Positions 62,616-64,000 of a stretch of 64,000 bases of DNA are shown here, in pieces. The notes below the pieces were generated by a model. It had not been told where the DNA came from. It saw only the letters and a program-made list of their open reading frames with translations, and made no database searches. Source of the stretch: an uncultured delta proteobacterium (GTDB taxonomy: Bacteria > Desulfobacterota > Binatia > UBA9968); contig CAVUVW010000013.1 of assembly GCA_963745035.1 (NCBI GenBank), forward strand, positions 480,001-544,000, written 5' to 3'. Each line of letters opens with the position of its first letter. Position 1 is the first letter of the stretch. A program made the position numbers and the translations under genes.

Positions 62616-63413
62616 CTATTTGGGCACCAACGCACCCTTGAGATTCGCCCGCTCAATCGCTTGCTGAATGAAGCCGCTCTTTTTCATTTCTTCGATGAAT
62701 TGGTTCGCGTAGGCAGCGCCCGCTGGTTTATCCTTTGGGTAGCCGATCGAAAACACTGTGATCATGTAGCTTCCTGGCACAATACGCCATCCCGGCAGTT
62801 CGGCTTGTGTGAGTGACAGTAGGTGAGTGAGATTACTGTAGGCGTCTGCCTCACCGTTCTTGAGCATTTCGACTACACGGTTCGCAGAACCAATCGCGAT
62901 CGGCACCCCAATGAGTTTGGCATTCTTGAGTGTTTGGCTGAGTTTCGCCTCCGCTACGCCCTTATCAGGCACAATGATTCGAAATCCCGGAACATCGGTA
63001 TCCTGCAATCCGCGAATCGGAGAGTTTTCTGGCACCAGAAAGCTTGTTTCATACTCGATGTAGGTCGGCCCAAAGTCTATTTGTGTCGCGAGTGGTTGTA
63101 AGGCAACCAAGAATGTTACATCGGCCCCGCCATTCTTTACTTGATCAACAGCGCCAGTGTTCGAGTTCACTGTTACGAACTCGACCTGTACGTTGAGCCG
63201 TTTGCCCAGTCCTCGACTGAGATCGACGACTACTCCCTTGAAATCTCCTGTCTCTTTATCGCGGACGGCGATGTGGGGTAGCGGCAAGAGAGCAACTCTA
63301 AGCTTGCCTGTAGGCGCAAGATCAGCCCGAGCCTGTGAGGGAACGTCTTGAGCCGCAACTCCAGGACCAGAGGACGCCACTGCGAAAACGATAAAGCGGG
63401 ATAGCCATTTCAT
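62616..63413 (-). CDS. ABC-type polar amino-acid-like substrate-binding protein
   Basis: signal peptide, LAPTGKLRV, GVVVDL, F.EEMK.SGF...AI.R. Confidence 0.82.
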   Translation of the reverse strand: MKWLSRFIVFAVASSGPGVAAQDVPSQARADLAPTGKLRVALLPLPHIAVRDKETGDFKGVVVDLSRGLGKRLNVQVEFVTVNSNTGAVDQVKNGGADVTFLVALQPLATQIDFGPTYIEYETSFLVPENSPIRGLQDTDVPGFRIIVPDKGVAEAKLSQTLKNAKLIGVPIAIGSANRVVEMLKNGEADAYSNLTHLLSLTQAELPGWRIVPGSYMITVFSIGYPKDKPAGAAYANQFIEEMKKSGFIQQAIERANLKGALVPK

Positions 63414-63477
63414 AGACTTCTCCTTCGCGCCTTCGCCATTGCGTGTGGCCGGACGTTGGACGCCGATAGCGGCTTCT

Positions 63478-64000
63478 CTAGCTTGGCTTTTGAGCCGTTA
63501 TAAGACCATTCCCATCTTTGAGAAGAAAATTCGAACGTTGGATGTTCACCAATCCAGCGTCGGCCAACCAGCCACGGTGCTCGCTTTCCGTGAATGATTC
63601 GCCCTCATCGAATAGGTTCAAGAACAGGAGATTGAATCCCACGGCTTCCACTGGCGAAGTTCGCGAGTCATCAAGGACCTGACCGACAATGTAGATCTTA
63701 CCGCCAGGATTCAGTGCAGCGGCGGTGTTGCGAACCGCTTTCCGGGCATTATCTGCCGAAAGCACCTGGAGAAAATTCCGTAGAACTGCTGCATCATAGG
63801 TTCCAGGTAATGACTCGTTCACCACGTCCATGGCGATCACTTCAACTCGATCCGTCAAGCCTTGCTCTGCTACGATCTTTTTTGCGATTGGCACAACTGT
63901 GGGCAAGTCAGTTCCAACCGCTTTGATGTGAGGGCAAGCTTTTGCGAGCGTGATGGCGAATCCGCCACCTCCACAGCCCACGTCTAAAACAGTCCTGACA
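63478..64000 (-). CDS. O-methyltransferase (Methyltransf_2 type), 5' end outside the window
   Basis: LDVGCGGG, DLP.V, L.PGG.I.I, W...AG. Confidence 0.8.
   Translation of the reverse strand, partial: VRTVLDVGCGGGGFAITLAKACPHIKAVGTDLPTVVPIAKKIVAEQGLTDRVEVIAMDVVNESLPGTYDAAVLRNFLQVLSADNARKAVRNTAAALNPGGKIYIVGQVLDDSRTSPVEAVGFNLLFLNLFDEGESFTESEHRGWLADAGLVNIQRSNFLLKDGNGLITAQKPS

Noticed and set aside
1-64000. CRISPR array, rRNA, transposase or integrase genes
   Set aside because: No regularly spaced repeat-spacer array and no recognisable motifs found by eye

Overview
GC-rich bacterial chromosome segment. The gene style resembles Deltaproteobacteria-like lineages such as Candidatus Binatia; this is an inference, not verified. 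1-33 kb is core-like: SAM hydrolase-family gene, aldo/keto reductase, FAD oxidoreductase, gmhA, HD protein, archease, larB, thiL, lon, dnaJ-dnaK-grpE, recO and ppdK. A type IVa pilus locus follows: pilB, pilC, a PilS-PilR-like single-polypeptide fusion with no kinase or receiver domain, and a sigma54-driven pilA with an e-pilin-like aromatic pattern. Next come GT-C/GT2/methyltransferase genes that may glycosylate the pilin. A ~24 kb island (36.1-60.3 kb) is bounded by direct repeats of the 3' half of tRNA-Thr(CGT). It carries decayed genes and a surface-glycan locus: sugar dehydrogenase, epimerase, wzm/wzt, unusual glycosyltransferases, two coiled-coil FkbM methyltransferases, a radical SAM/SPASM enzyme and an SGNH-like protein. 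At its right end lies a cluster of att-like sites, including an ~87 bp inverted repeat with tRNA-Phe-anticodon-arm-like cores and different 7-nt centres. No integrase, intact tRNA, rRNA or CRISPR array was seen. Several genes carry single-base frameshifts that look like long-read assembly errors.
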